Shown one piece after another: positions 30,667 through 40,950 of a DNA stretch of 64,000 bases. A program made the position numbers and the translations under genes. Origin of the DNA: Pseudomonadota bacterium (GTDB lineage Bacteria > Pseudomonadota > Gammaproteobacteria > Burkholderiales > Burkholderiaceae_E). Position 1 is the first letter of the stretch. The number at the start of each line of letters is the position of its first letter. Below the pieces are notes generated by a model, which saw nothing but the letters and a program-made list of their open reading frames with translations, was not told the origin of the DNA and ran no database searches. Location: positions 50,919 to 114,918 of the forward strand of contig JBJOKE010000011.1 of NCBI GenBank assembly GCA_046046245.1, given 5' to 3'.

Positions 30667-32640
30667 TCAGGCCGGATCCGGTTCGATCCGCACCAGCAGG
30701 CGGCCCGGCGCGACCTGGGTGCCGGCCGCGGCGCCCACCTCGACGACCGTGCCGGCGACCGGCGCCTCGAAGCGATGCTCCATCTTCATCGCCTCGATCG
30801 ACAGCAGGTACGCACCGCGTTCCACGCGCTGGCCGGCCTCGACCGCGACGCGCGTCAGCTGGCCGTGCATCCTGCTGACGATCGCACCGCCCGCCGCGCC
30901 GCCGCCCGCCTCGCGCGGCCGGTCTGTGACGTCGGCGACCGCATCCGAGACACCGAACGCGTCGAGCCAGCCGCGGGGGCCGTCGCCGTGCAGCCGGACC
31001 GCGCCGCGCAGGCCGCCGACCGAGACCGAGGCCCGCAGCCCGTCGTCGGCATGGACCTCGACCTCGATCAGGCGCCCGTCGGCGAGCTCGACCCCGATCG
31101 GTCCCGATGCGGCCACCTCGACGCGGACGGGATGCTCGCGGCCCGCGGCCTCGAGCCGCAGCGGCGAGGCGCGCCGGCCCGACGAGGACCAGCGGGCGAG
31201 GGGCCCGTGGGCCGCGGCCGCGCGGTGGACGCGCAGCGCGGCGGCGACCGCGAGCCAGCGCGGATCGGGCGCGGGCGCCACCCAGTCGGCGGTGGCCTCG
31301 CCGAGCCATGCGGTGGCGAGTTCGGCCCGCGCGAACGGCTCGGCCTGCAGCAGCCTGCACAGCCAGTCGCGATTGGTCCGCAGCCCGCAGACCGTCGTGT
31401 CCCCGAGGGCGGCGACCAGCCGTGCGCGTGCCTGCTCGCGGTCCGTGCCCCAGGCGATCACCTTCGCGATCATCGAGTCGTAGAACGGCGGCACCGCGGC
31501 GCGCGCCGCGAGCCCGTGGTCGACCCGCAGGCCGGCGCCCGCGGGCATCCGCCACGCGCCGATCGGCCCGACCTGGGGGGCAAAGCCCGCGTACGGGTCC
31601 TCGGCGCACAGGCGCGCCTCGATCGCGTGACCGTGGAAGCGGATCGCCTCCTGCGGCAGCGGCAGCGGCTCGCCGCGCGCGACGCGCAGCTGCCAGTCGA
31701 CGAGGTCGAGCCCGGTGATCGCCTCGGTGACCGGATGCTCGACCTGCAGCCGGGTGTTCATCTCGAGGAACCAGAACGCGCCGTCGGGCTCGAGCAGGAA
31801 CTCGATCGTGCCCGCGCCGACATAGCCGACCGCGCGGGCGAGGCGGATCGCCGCGTCCCCCATACGGGCCCGCAGCGATCCGGAGACGCCCGGCGCGGGC
31901 GCCTCCTCGAGCACCTTCTGGTTGCGGCGCTGCGTCGAGCAGTCGCGCTCGCCGAGGTGCACATACCCGCCGAGGGTGTCGCCGAAGACCTGGATCTCGA
32001 CGTGCCGCGCGCGGACCACGCGGCGCTCGACGAGCAGGGTGCCGTCGCCGAACGAGGACTGCGCCTCGGCGCGTGCCGAGCGGATCGCCTCGCGCAGCGC
32101 CTGCTCGTCCGACAGGTCGTCGACCGCGCGCATCCCGCGGCCGCCGCCGCCGGCCGCGGCCTTGACCATCAGCGGCGCGCCGACGTGGCGCGCCTGCGCG
32201 ACCAGGGTCTCGTCGTCCTGGTCGTCGCCCTGATAGCCAGGGAGGCAGGGCACGTCGAGCGACTGCGCGAGCCGCTTGGCCGCCGACTTGTTGCCCAGCG
32301 CATCGATCGCCTCGGGCGGCGGGCCGACGAACACGATCCCGGCCTCGCGCAGCGCCCGCGCGAAGCTCGCGTTCTCGGACAGGAAGCCGTAGCCGGGGTG
32401 GACGGCCTGCGCGCCGGCCGCACGGCACGCGTCGAGGATCCTCGCGATGTCGAGGTAGCTGTCGCGGGCGGGGCCGCCACCGATCCGGACCGCGGCATCG
32501 GCCTCGGCGACGTGGCGCGCGTCGGCGTCGACGTCCGAGTACACCGCCACGGTGCGGATCCCCAGCGCGCGGGCCGTGCGGATCACGCGGCAGGCGATCT
32601 CTCCGCGGTTGGCGATCAGGAGCGTGTCGAACGAGGCCAA
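30667..32640 (-). CDS. Biotin-dependent acyl-CoA carboxylase alpha subunit (biotin carboxylase + BCCP; MccA/AtuF-like)
   Basis: Track ORF 30667..32640, 657 aa. Motifs LLIANRGEIACRVIRTA, MVKAAAGGGGRGMR, IEFLLE, EMNTRLQVEHPVTE and the C-terminal biotinylation motif IEAMKMEH. Confidence 0.9.
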   Translation of the reverse strand: MASFDTLLIANRGEIACRVIRTARALGIRTVAVYSDVDADARHVAEADAAVRIGGGPARDSYLDIARILDACRAAGAQAVHPGYGFLSENASFARALREAGIVFVGPPPEAIDALGNKSAAKRLAQSLDVPCLPGYQGDDQDDETLVAQARHVGAPLMVKAAAGGGGRGMRAVDDLSDEQALREAIRSARAEAQSSFGDGTLLVERRVVRARHVEIQVFGDTLGGYVHLGERDCSTQRRNQKVLEEAPAPGVSGSLRARMGDAAIRLARAVGYVGAGTIEFLLEPDGAFWFLEMNTRLQVEHPVTEAITGLDLVDWQLRVARGEPLPLPQEAIRFHGHAIEARLCAEDPYAGFAPQVGPIGAWRMPAGAGLRVDHGLAARAAVPPFYDSMIAKVIAWGTDREQARARLVAALGDTTVCGLRTNRDWLCRLLQAEPFARAELATAWLGEATADWVAPAPDPRWLAVAAALRVHRAAAAHGPLARWSSSGRRASPLRLEAAGREHPVRVEVAASGPIGVELADGRLIEVEVHADDGLRASVSVGGLRGAVRLHGDGPRGWLDAFGVSDAVADVTDRPREAGGGAAGGAIVSRMHGQLTRVAVEAGQRVERGAYLLSIEAMKMEHRFEAPVAGTVVEVGAAAGTQVAPGRLLVRIEPDPA

Positions 32641-32665
32641 GGCGACTCTCCGCGTCGGGACCCGT

Positions 32666-33826
32666 TCAGCGCTCGCGAGGCAGGATGCCCATCGTCTTCG
32701 CGATGATCCCCATCATCACCTCGTCGGCGCCGCCGCCGATCGAGCCGAGCCGGGTGTCGCGCCAGAAGCGGTTCACCCGCGTCTCCTCGATGTAGCCCAT
32801 CCCGCCCCAGAACTGCACGCACCAGTCGGCGACCTCGCGCGCGACGCGCGCGCCCTTGAGCTTCACCATCGACGCGAGCTGGGTCACGTCGTGGCCCTGG
32901 ATGTACAGGCCCACCGCCTTGTGGAAGAGGGCGCCCACCGCCTCGACCTCGGTCTGCAGCTCGGCGAGCTTGTAGTAGATGTACTGGTTGTGCAGCAGCG
33001 GCTTGCCGAAGGCCTGACGCTCGCGCAGGTAGTCGATCGTCTCCTGGATGACGTGCTTCGACTTGGTCCAGCCGGCGCCGGCCCACAGCCGCTCCTCCTG
33101 GAACTGCTCCATCTGGTAGACGAAGCCCATGCCTTCCTCGCCGATCCGCCAGCGCTGCGGCACGCGGACCGAGTCGAAGTGCAGCTGCGCGGTGTCCGAC
33201 GCGTTCATGCCGGCCTTCTTCAGCTTCTTCGCGACCGAGACCCCCCTGGTCTTCATCGGCACGCAGATCAGCGTCTTGTTGCGGTGGCCGCCGCCCTCGG
33301 AGGTGTTCGCCAGCAGGCAGATCCAGTCGGCCTGCGTGCCGTTGGTCGTCCACATCTTGCCGCCGTCGATCACGTAGTCGTCGCCGTCCTTGCGCGCGAC
33401 CGTGCGGATCGACGCGACGTCCGAACCCGCGCCGACCTCGGACACGCCGAGGCAGGCGACGTACTCGCCGGTGATCGAGGGCTCGAGGAATTCCTTGCGG
33501 ACCTCGTCGTTGCCGCGCCTGGCGAGCGCGGGCGTGGCCATGTCGGTCTGCACGCCGATCGCCATCGGGATGCCGCCGCAGCGGATGTGGGTCAGCGCCT
33601 CGGCGAACGCGGCCGCGTACGAGTAGTCGAGGCCCATCCCGCCGTACTCCGCCGGCTTGTGCACGCCGAGGAACCCGAGCTTGCCCATCTTCCGGAACAG
33701 CTCCTTGGCCGGGAAGATCTCGGCCTTCTCCCATTCGTCGACGAAGGGGTTGATCTCCGAGTCGATGAACTTCTTCAGCGAGTCCTGCAGCGCGACGTGG
33801 TCGGGGCCGTAGATGGACGGTTGCAT
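32666..33826 (-). CDS. Acyl-CoA dehydrogenase (isovaleryl/citronellyl-CoA dehydrogenase-like)
   Basis: Track ORF 32666..33826, 386 aa. Motifs VDEWEKAEIFP, CLGVSEVGAGSDVAS, GGKMWTTNG, RQAFGKPL, QFWGGMGY, GSIGGGADEVM. Confidence 0.9.
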   Translation of the reverse strand: MQPSIYGPDHVALQDSLKKFIDSEINPFVDEWEKAEIFPAKELFRKMGKLGFLGVHKPAEYGGMGLDYSYAAAFAEALTHIRCGGIPMAIGVQTDMATPALARRGNDEVRKEFLEPSITGEYVACLGVSEVGAGSDVASIRTVARKDGDDYVIDGGKMWTTNGTQADWICLLANTSEGGGHRNKTLICVPMKTRGVSVAKKLKKAGMNASDTAQLHFDSVRVPQRWRIGEEGMGFVYQMEQFQEERLWAGAGWTKSKHVIQETIDYLRERQAFGKPLLHNQYIYYKLAELQTEVEAVGALFHKAVGLYIQGHDVTQLASMVKLKGARVAREVADWCVQFWGGMGYIEETRVNRFWRDTRLGSIGGGADEVMMGIIAKTMGILPRER

Positions 33827-33860
33827 CGGGTGTCTCCGGTGTGGCGGGGGATCCAGGGGC

Positions 33861-35489
33861 TCAGGGGCGGGCGACGCCGAACTGCATCGGCCGCATGCTG
33901 CGGCGCTCGGCGCGGCGGCAGACGTCGAACGCCAGGCCGAGCACGCGGCGGGTGTCGCGCGGGTCGATCACGCCGTCGTCGAGCATCCGCCCGCTGGTGT
34001 AGAAGGCATCGGACTGGCGGTCGAAGTTCGCGACGATCCTCGCCTCGAGGGCCGACAGCTGCGCCTCGTCGACCGGCACCCCGCGCCGCTTCGCGCCGCC
34101 TTCGGCGACGATCCGCATCGTGAGCGCGGCCTGCTCGCCACCCATCACCGCGGTGCGCGCGTTCGGCCACGAGAACACGAAGCGCGGGCCGTAGGCGCGG
34201 CCGCACATCCCGTAGTTGCCGGCGCCGAACGACGCGCCGCACATCAGGGTGATCGCGGGCACGGTGGCGTTCGCCACTGCCTGGATCATCTTCGAGCCGT
34301 GCTTGATCATGCCGGCCTGCTCGGAGGCGCGGCCCACGATGTAGCCGGTGGTGTTCTGCAGGTAGAGCAGCGGGATGCCGCTCTGGCAGCACGACTGGAT
34401 GAAGTGGGTGGCCTTGGTGGCGCCCGCCGGGTCGATCGGCCCGTTGTTGGTGACGATGCCGATCGGCTGCCCGTAGAGCGACGCGTGGCCGCAGACGGTG
34501 GCCGGGCCGTAGTCGCGGCCGAAGTCGAGGAATTCCGAGCGGTCGACGATCCGCGCGATCACCTCGTGCATGTCGACCGGCTGGCGGAAGTCGAGCGGCA
34601 TCGCGCCGGCGAGCTCGTCGGTGGGATGGAGCGGCTCGAGCGCAGCGTCGTCCGCGAGCGTCGAGCCCGGGCCCTGGGCGTCCCAGGCGAGCCGCGCCAT
34701 CAGCTCGCGCGCGATCCGCAGCCCGTCGGCATCGTCGTCGGCGAGGAACTCGCCGAGCCCGGAGACCGTCGCGTGCATCTCGCCGCCGCCCAGTTCCTCG
34801 TCGGTCGCGATCTCGCCGGTCGCCGCCTTCAGCAGCGGCGGGCCGGCGAGGAAGGCGCGCGCCCGGCCCTTCACCATGATCACGTAGTCGGACAGGCCCG
34901 GCATGTAGGCGCCGCCCGCGGTCGAGGAGCCGTGGACCACGGCCACCACCGGGATGCCGGCGGCCGACAGCCGCGCGAGGTTGTAGAAGATCCGCCCGCC
35001 GTGGACGAAGCCGTCGACCTGGTACTTGAGCAGGTTCGCGCCGGCCGACTCGATCAGCTGGACGAAGGGCAGCCGGTTCTCGAGCGCGATCTCCTGCGTG
35101 CGCAGCAGCTTCTCGCGGCCCATGTGCTGGATCGCGCCGGCGTCGATGCCGGCGTCACTGACCGTGATCGCGCAGCGGGTGCCGCCGACGACCCCGATGC
35201 CGTTGATCATCCCGCCGCCGGGCACGGACTTCTCCGGGTCCGGCTCGTCGCAGAGCCAGCCGGCGAGCGATGACAGCTCGAGCCAGGGGGCACCGGGGTC
35301 GAGCAGCCGCGCGAGCCGCTCGCGCGGCAGCAGCTGTCCCCGCCTGTCGAAGAGCGGCTTGGCCTTCGCGGACGCGGTCGCGGCACGGGTCTCGAGCTCG
35401 CGCATCCGTGCGACCAGCGCGAGCATGCCCTCGCGCCGCTCGGAGAAGGCCGGCGAGGACGCGTCGATCCGGGAGTCGATGACCGGCAT
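33861..35489 (-). CDS. Acyl-CoA carboxylase carboxyltransferase beta subunit (MccB/AtuC-like)
   Basis: C-terminal 542 aa of track ORF 33861..36479, from MPVIDSRIDASS (CAT at 35487-35489). Motifs GGGMINGIGVVGG, QEIALENRLPFVQLIESAGANL, GSSTAGGAYMPGLSD, GPIDPAGATKATHFIQ, FSWPNARTAVMGGEQA. Confidence 0.9.
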   Translation of the reverse strand: MPVIDSRIDASSPAFSERREGMLALVARMRELETRAATASAKAKPLFDRRGQLLPRERLARLLDPGAPWLELSSLAGWLCDEPDPEKSVPGGGMINGIGVVGGTRCAITVSDAGIDAGAIQHMGREKLLRTQEIALENRLPFVQLIESAGANLLKYQVDGFVHGGRIFYNLARLSAAGIPVVAVVHGSSTAGGAYMPGLSDYVIMVKGRARAFLAGPPLLKAATGEIATDEELGGGEMHATVSGLGEFLADDDADGLRIARELMARLAWDAQGPGSTLADDAALEPLHPTDELAGAMPLDFRQPVDMHEVIARIVDRSEFLDFGRDYGPATVCGHASLYGQPIGIVTNNGPIDPAGATKATHFIQSCCQSGIPLLYLQNTTGYIVGRASEQAGMIKHGSKMIQAVANATVPAITLMCGASFGAGNYGMCGRAYGPRFVFSWPNARTAVMGGEQAALTMRIVAEGGAKRRGVPVDEAQLSALEARIVANFDRQSDAFYTSGRMLDDGVIDPRDTRRVLGLAFDVCRRAERRSMRPMQFGVARP

Positions 35490-35491
35490 GC

Positions 35492-36403
<912 letters not shown>

Positions 36404-36536
36404 CGCGCGGTCCGGATGATGAGCGGGAATGCGTTAGCGTGTCGGCAGGGGTCGGGGGCGTCAAGTTGCGGCGCAGCATCCCGGGCGCGGGACAGTCCGG
36501 AAACGCCCTGCTCGAGCCGGTTTCCGGCGGGCGCCC

Positions 36537-36564
36537 TTGACGGTGCCCTGCGGCGCCCTATACT
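36537..36564 (+). promoter_or_regulatory. Sigma70-like promoter for the TetR-AtuA operon
   Basis: TTGACG (36537-36542), a 16-nt spacer, then TATACT (36559-36564), about 40 nt upstream of the TetR ATG. The -10 is immediately followed by CTGAG-N5-CTCAG dyad symmetry (36563-36577). Confidence 0.45.
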
Positions 36565-36605
36565 GAGCCGGACTCAGCAACGGCGCCCCCGCGCCCCCGC
36601 CGACG

Positions 36606-37295
36606 ATGACGGCACTGCCCCGACGACGCAAGGCCGTGCGCCGCACGGAGATCCTGGCCGCGGCGCGCGAGGTCTTCGTCGCCAAGCGCTTCGAGGACGC
36701 GTCGGTCGCCGAGATCGCGGCGCGCGCGGACTGCGTCGAGGGCACCCTCTACACCTATTTCCGCAACAAGCGCGACCTGTTCGACGCGGTGCTGACGGAG
36801 ATCTACGATGCGCTGATCGCCGACATCGAGCCGCGCTTCGCAGCGCTCGAGGGCACGGCCGATCGGCTGCGGTTCCTGATCGCGAGGCACCTGCAGATCG
36901 CGGTCGACGACCCCGGGGTGTCGGCGATGCTCGGGCGCGAGGCGCGCGGCTCGCTGCCGTACTTCGGCTCGACGCAGCACGACCTGAACCGCCGGTACGC
37001 GCGCTTCCTCACGAGGACGCTGTCCGACGGCGTCGAGCGCGGCGAGCTTCGGGCGGACCTGGACCTTGCGATGGCGCGCGACTTCGTCTTCGGCGGGCTC
37101 GAGCATCGCGTCCGCGAGCTGCTGGGCCGCGGCAGGAGGATCGATCCGCCCCGGATGGCGCGCGAGATGACCGCGATGCTGCTCGACGGCTTCGCGGCGC
37201 GGCCGGCGGCGCCGGCGGCGAGGGGCGCGCCGCTGGACAGGATCGAGGCGCGACTGGCGCGGCTCGAGGACGAACTGAGGGCGAGGGCGCGATAG
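36606..37295 (+). CDS. TetR/AcrR-family transcriptional regulator (AtuR-like position)
   Basis: Track ORF 36606..37295. N-terminal HTH EILAAAREVFVAKRFEDASVAEIAARADCVEGTLYTYFRNKRDLF. It is divergent from the carboxylase operon. Confidence 0.9.
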   Translation: MTALPRRRKAVRRTEILAAAREVFVAKRFEDASVAEIAARADCVEGTLYTYFRNKRDLFDAVLTEIYDALIADIEPRFAALEGTADRLRFLIARHLQIAVDDPGVSAMLGREARGSLPYFGSTQHDLNRRYARFLTRTLSDGVERGELRADLDLAMARDFVFGGLEHRVRELLGRGRRIDPPRMAREMTAMLLDGFAARPAAPAARGAPLDRIEARLARLEDELRARAR

Positions 37296-37322
37296 CGCCT
37301 GGCACGGGAGGAGACACCGCAG

Positions 37323-39101
37323 ATGGCGAAGGACACGATCCGGATCGGCAGCGCGTCGGGCTTCTGGGGCGACACCGCCGCAGCCGCGCCGCAGCTCGTG
37401 CGTCGCGGCGACATCGACTACCTGGTCTTCGATTACCTGGCCGAGGTCACGATGTCGATCATGGCCGCGCAGAAGGCCAAGGACCCCGCCGCCGGCTATG
37501 CACGCGACTTCGTCGAGATCACGATGAGGCAGCTGCTGCCCGAGCTGAAGGCGAAGGGCGTTCGCGTGGTGGCGAACGCCGGCGGCGTCAACCCGCTCGC
37601 CTGCCGCGACGCGCTCGCCCGCATCGCGGCCGAGCTGGGCGTGCCGATCCGCATCGGTGTCGTGCTGGGCGACGACCTGTCGACGCAGGCCGAGGCGCTG
37701 CGGGCCGAGGGCACGGTCGAGATGTTCAGCAGCGCGCCGTTCCCGAGCCGGCTCGCGAGCGTCAATGCCTACCTCGGCGCGCTGCCGATCGCCCGCGCGC
37801 TCGACGCAGGCGCGGATGTGGTGATCACCGGCCGCTGCGTCGACTCCGCGGTCACGCTGGGCGTGATGGTCCATGCGTTCGGCTGGGACCCGTCGGACTT
37901 CGACCGCCTCGCGCAGGGCACGCTCGCCGGCCACATCGTCGAGTGCGGCGCCCAGGGCACCGGCGGTCTGTTCACCGACTGGGACACCGTGCCCGGCTGG
38001 GACGACATCGGCTATCCGATCGTCGAGGCCCGACCCGATGGCAGCTTCGAGGTCACCAAGCCGCCCGGCACCGGCGGCCTGGTCAGCTGCGCGTCGGTGT
38101 GCGAGCAGCTGCTCTACGAGATCGGCGATCCGAGGGCCTACCACGTGCCCGACGTCGCCTGCGACTTCACCGCGGTCCGCTTCGAGCAGACCGGGCCCGA
38201 CCGTGTCCGGGTGACCGGGGCGCGGGGCCGCGCGCCGACCGACACCTACAAGGTCAGCGCCACCTACCCCGACGGCTTCCGGAACGTCGCGCTGCTGGTG
38301 GTCGCCGGCGAACGGGCCGCGCAGAAGGCGCGCCGCACCGGCGAGGCGCTGCTCGCGCGGATGACGCGGATGCTCGCCGAGCAGGGTCTGCCCGCCTTCA
38401 CCGAGACGCGGATCGAGGTGGTCGGCGCCGAGGACATGTACGGTGCGATCGCACGACCCGAGTCGCGCGAGGTGGTGCTCAAGCTCGCTGCGCGCTCGCC
38501 GTCGAAGGCCTCGCTCGAGCTCTTCGCGCGCGAGTTCGCGCCGGCCGGCACCTCGATGTCGCCGGGCACGACCGGCTTCGGCGGTGGCCGGCCGACGCCG
38601 TCGCCGGTGATCCGGCTGTTCTCCTTCCTCGTCCCGAAGCGCCGGGTGCCGGTCGAGATCGACGTCGACGGGGTCCGGACGCCGGTCGCGATCCCGGTCG
38701 ACGGCGGCTTCGCCGAGTCCGAGCTGCCGCCCGCGCGGGTGCATGCCGACGCCGTGCTGCCGCCGACGGCCCGGACCGTGAAGCTGATCGCGCTCGCGCA
38801 CGGCCGCTCCGGCGACAAGGGCGACAAGGCGAACATCGGCATCGTCGCGCGCCGCCCCGAATGGCTGCCGCTGCTGTCGGCCTGGCTGACCCCCGAGCGC
38901 GTCGCCGCGCACTTCGCGCACAACCGGCCGTCGCGTGTCGAGCGCTTCGACCTGCCCGGCTTCGATGCGATGAACTTCCTGCTGCACGACGTCCTCGGCG
39001 GCGGCGGCATGGCCTCGCTGCGGACCGACAACCTCGCGAAGTGCTATGCGCAGGTGCTGCTGCAGATGGACGTGCCCGCGCCCGAGGGCGTCGGCGCCTG
39101 A
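37323..39101 (+). CDS. AtuA-family protein (DUF1446, acyclic terpene utilisation), unknown biochemical function
   Basis: Track ORF 37323..39101, 592 aa. Motifs IRIGSASGFWGD, DYLVFDYLAEVTMSI, VVITGRCVDSA, GHIVECGAQGTGG and a C-terminal HGRSGDKGDKANIG segment. Confidence 0.85.
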   Translation: MAKDTIRIGSASGFWGDTAAAAPQLVRRGDIDYLVFDYLAEVTMSIMAAQKAKDPAAGYARDFVEITMRQLLPELKAKGVRVVANAGGVNPLACRDALARIAAELGVPIRIGVVLGDDLSTQAEALRAEGTVEMFSSAPFPSRLASVNAYLGALPIARALDAGADVVITGRCVDSAVTLGVMVHAFGWDPSDFDRLAQGTLAGHIVECGAQGTGGLFTDWDTVPGWDDIGYPIVEARPDGSFEVTKPPGTGGLVSCASVCEQLLYEIGDPRAYHVPDVACDFTAVRFEQTGPDRVRVTGARGRAPTDTYKVSATYPDGFRNVALLVVAGERAAQKARRTGEALLARMTRMLAEQGLPAFTETRIEVVGAEDMYGAIARPESREVVLKLAARSPSKASLELFAREFAPAGTSMSPGTTGFGGGRPTPSPVIRLFSFLVPKRRVPVEIDVDGVRTPVAIPVDGGFAESELPPARVHADAVLPPTARTVKLIALAHGRSGDKGDKANIGIVARRPEWLPLLSAWLTPERVAAHFAHNRPSRVERFDLPGFDAMNFLLHDVLGGGGMASLRTDNLAKCYAQVLLQMDVPAPEGVGA

Positions 39102-39137
39102 CCCGAGTCCCGAACCCGAACGAAGGAGGAGACCCCC

Positions 39138-40007
39138 GTGCCCATCGACGTCGCCACGCTGAAGAACTGGCCGTTCGAGCCGATCGAGCAGCGCTACACC
39201 CATCGCGACACCATCCTCTACGCGCTCGGCCTGGGGATCGGCCAGGACCCGCTCGATCCGGTGCAACTGCGCTACACCTACGAGGACGGCCTGCAGGCGC
39301 TGCCGACGATGGCCGTGGTGCTGGGCTCGCCGGGCTTCTTCGCGAAGGACCCGCGGACCGGCATCGACTGGGTGAAGCTGCTGCACGGCGAGCAGGAGCT
39401 CGAGCTGCATGCGCCGCTGCCCTCGGAGGCCACCGTCACCGGCCTCACGAAGGTCACGCGGCTGGTCGACAAGGGCGCGGGCAAGGGTGCGCTGATGTAC
39501 TCCGAGCGCACCATCACCGCCGCGAAGAGCGGCACGAAGCTCGCCACCAGCCGCAGCGTGTCGTTCATGCGCGGCGACGGCGGCTTCTCGGCGAGCGGCC
39601 AGCCCTCGGACGAGGCGCCGCCCGCCCGGCCCGCCACGCCCGACACGCCGCCGGACACCGTCTTCGAATGGAAGACCCGGCCCGAGGCCGCCCTGGTCTA
39701 TCGGCTCTCGGGCGACTACAACCCGCTGCACGCCGATCCGAAGGTCGCCACCGCCGCCGGCTTCAAGGCGCCGATCCTGCACGGGCTGTGCTCGTTCGGC
39801 GTGACCGGCTGGGCGCTGGTGAGCGCGGTCTGCGGCGGCGACGCGTCGAAGCTGAGGTCGATCGGCACGCGCTTCGCCTCGCCGGTCTATCCGGGCGAGA
39901 CGCTGCGCGTGGAGATCTGGAAGAACGGTGGGGCCGTGCAGTTCCGCACCCGGGTGGTCGAGCGCGACATCGTCGTACTGAGCCACGGCACCGCGACGAT
40001 CGCTTGA
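39138..40007 (+). CDS. MaoC-family double hot-dog (R)-specific enoyl-CoA hydratase (MFE-2 hydratase-2-like)
   Basis: Track ORF 39138..40007. GTG start follows AGGAGGA. Motifs LYALGLG, YRLSGDYNPLHADP, FKAPILHGLCSFG. Confidence 0.85.
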   Translation: MPIDVATLKNWPFEPIEQRYTHRDTILYALGLGIGQDPLDPVQLRYTYEDGLQALPTMAVVLGSPGFFAKDPRTGIDWVKLLHGEQELELHAPLPSEATVTGLTKVTRLVDKGAGKGALMYSERTITAAKSGTKLATSRSVSFMRGDGGFSASGQPSDEAPPARPATPDTPPDTVFEWKTRPEAALVYRLSGDYNPLHADPKVATAAGFKAPILHGLCSFGVTGWALVSAVCGGDASKLRSIGTRFASPVYPGETLRVEIWKNGGAVQFRTRVVERDIVVLSHGTATIA

Positions 40008-40037
40008 GACGAACCAGGAAGAAGGGAGAAGAAGGGA

Positions 40038-40949
40038 ATGTCGATGCTGAAGGACAAGGTCGTGATCGTCACCGGCTCGGGCCGGGGCATCGGTCGCGAC
40101 ATCGCGATGATGATGGCCGCGCACGGCGCGAAGGTCGTGGTCAACGACCCGGGCGTGTCGGCGAGCGGCGAGGGCCAGGACGCCGGGCCGGCCGCGCAGG
40201 TGGTCGACGAGATCCGCAAGGCCGGCGGCACCGCGGTCGCGAACACCGATTCGGTCGCCGAGTGGGAGTCGGCCAACCGGATCGTGAAGACCGCGGTCGA
40301 CGCGTTCGGGACGGTCCACGCGGTGGTCAACAACGCGGGCATCCTGCGCGACCGCATCTTCCACAACATGTCGGTCGACGAGTGGAAGGCGGTCATCGAC
40401 GTCCACCTGAACGGCTCGTTCTACATGGCCAAGGCGGTGGCGGCGATCTTCAAGAGCGAGGAGCGCGGCGCCTTCGTGCACATGACCTCCACCTCGGGCC
40501 TGATCGGCAACTTCGGCCAGGCGAACTACGCGGCGGCCAAGCTCGGCATCGTCGGGCTCTCCAAGTCGATCGCCCTCGACATGGCCCGCTTCAAGGTGCG
40601 CTCGAACTGCATCTCGCCGTTCGCCTGGAGCCGGCTGATCGGCACGATCCCCTCGGACACGCCCGAGCAGCAGGCTCGGCTCGCGCGGATGCAGGCGATG
40701 GAGACGGCGAAGATCGCGCCGCTCGCCGTCTACCTGTGCAGCGACCAGGCCGAGCGCGTCAGCGGCCAGATCTTCGCGGTCCGCGCGAACGAGATCTTCC
40801 TGATGGGCCAGAGCCGCCCGATCCGCTCGGTCCACCGCGGCGAGGGCTGGACGCCCGAGACGGTCGCGAACCACGCGATCCCCGCGATGGAGAAGAGCTT
40901 CTACCCGCTGGAGCGCTCCGGCGACGTCTTCAACTGGGACCCGGTCTGA
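40038..40949 (+). CDS. SDR-family 3-hydroxyacyl-CoA dehydrogenase (MFE-2 dehydrogenase-like)
   Basis: Track ORF 40038..40949. Motifs VVIVTGSGRGIGR, VVNNAGILRD and GQANYAAAKLGIVGL (intact YxxxK). Confidence 0.9.
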   Translation: MSMLKDKVVIVTGSGRGIGRDIAMMMAAHGAKVVVNDPGVSASGEGQDAGPAAQVVDEIRKAGGTAVANTDSVAEWESANRIVKTAVDAFGTVHAVVNNAGILRDRIFHNMSVDEWKAVIDVHLNGSFYMAKAVAAIFKSEERGAFVHMTSTSGLIGNFGQANYAAAKLGIVGLSKSIALDMARFKVRSNCISPFAWSRLIGTIPSDTPEQQARLARMQAMETAKIAPLAVYLCSDQAERVSGQIFAVRANEIFLMGQSRPIRSVHRGEGWTPETVANHAIPAMEKSFYPLERSGDVFNWDPV

Positions 40950-40950
40950 C

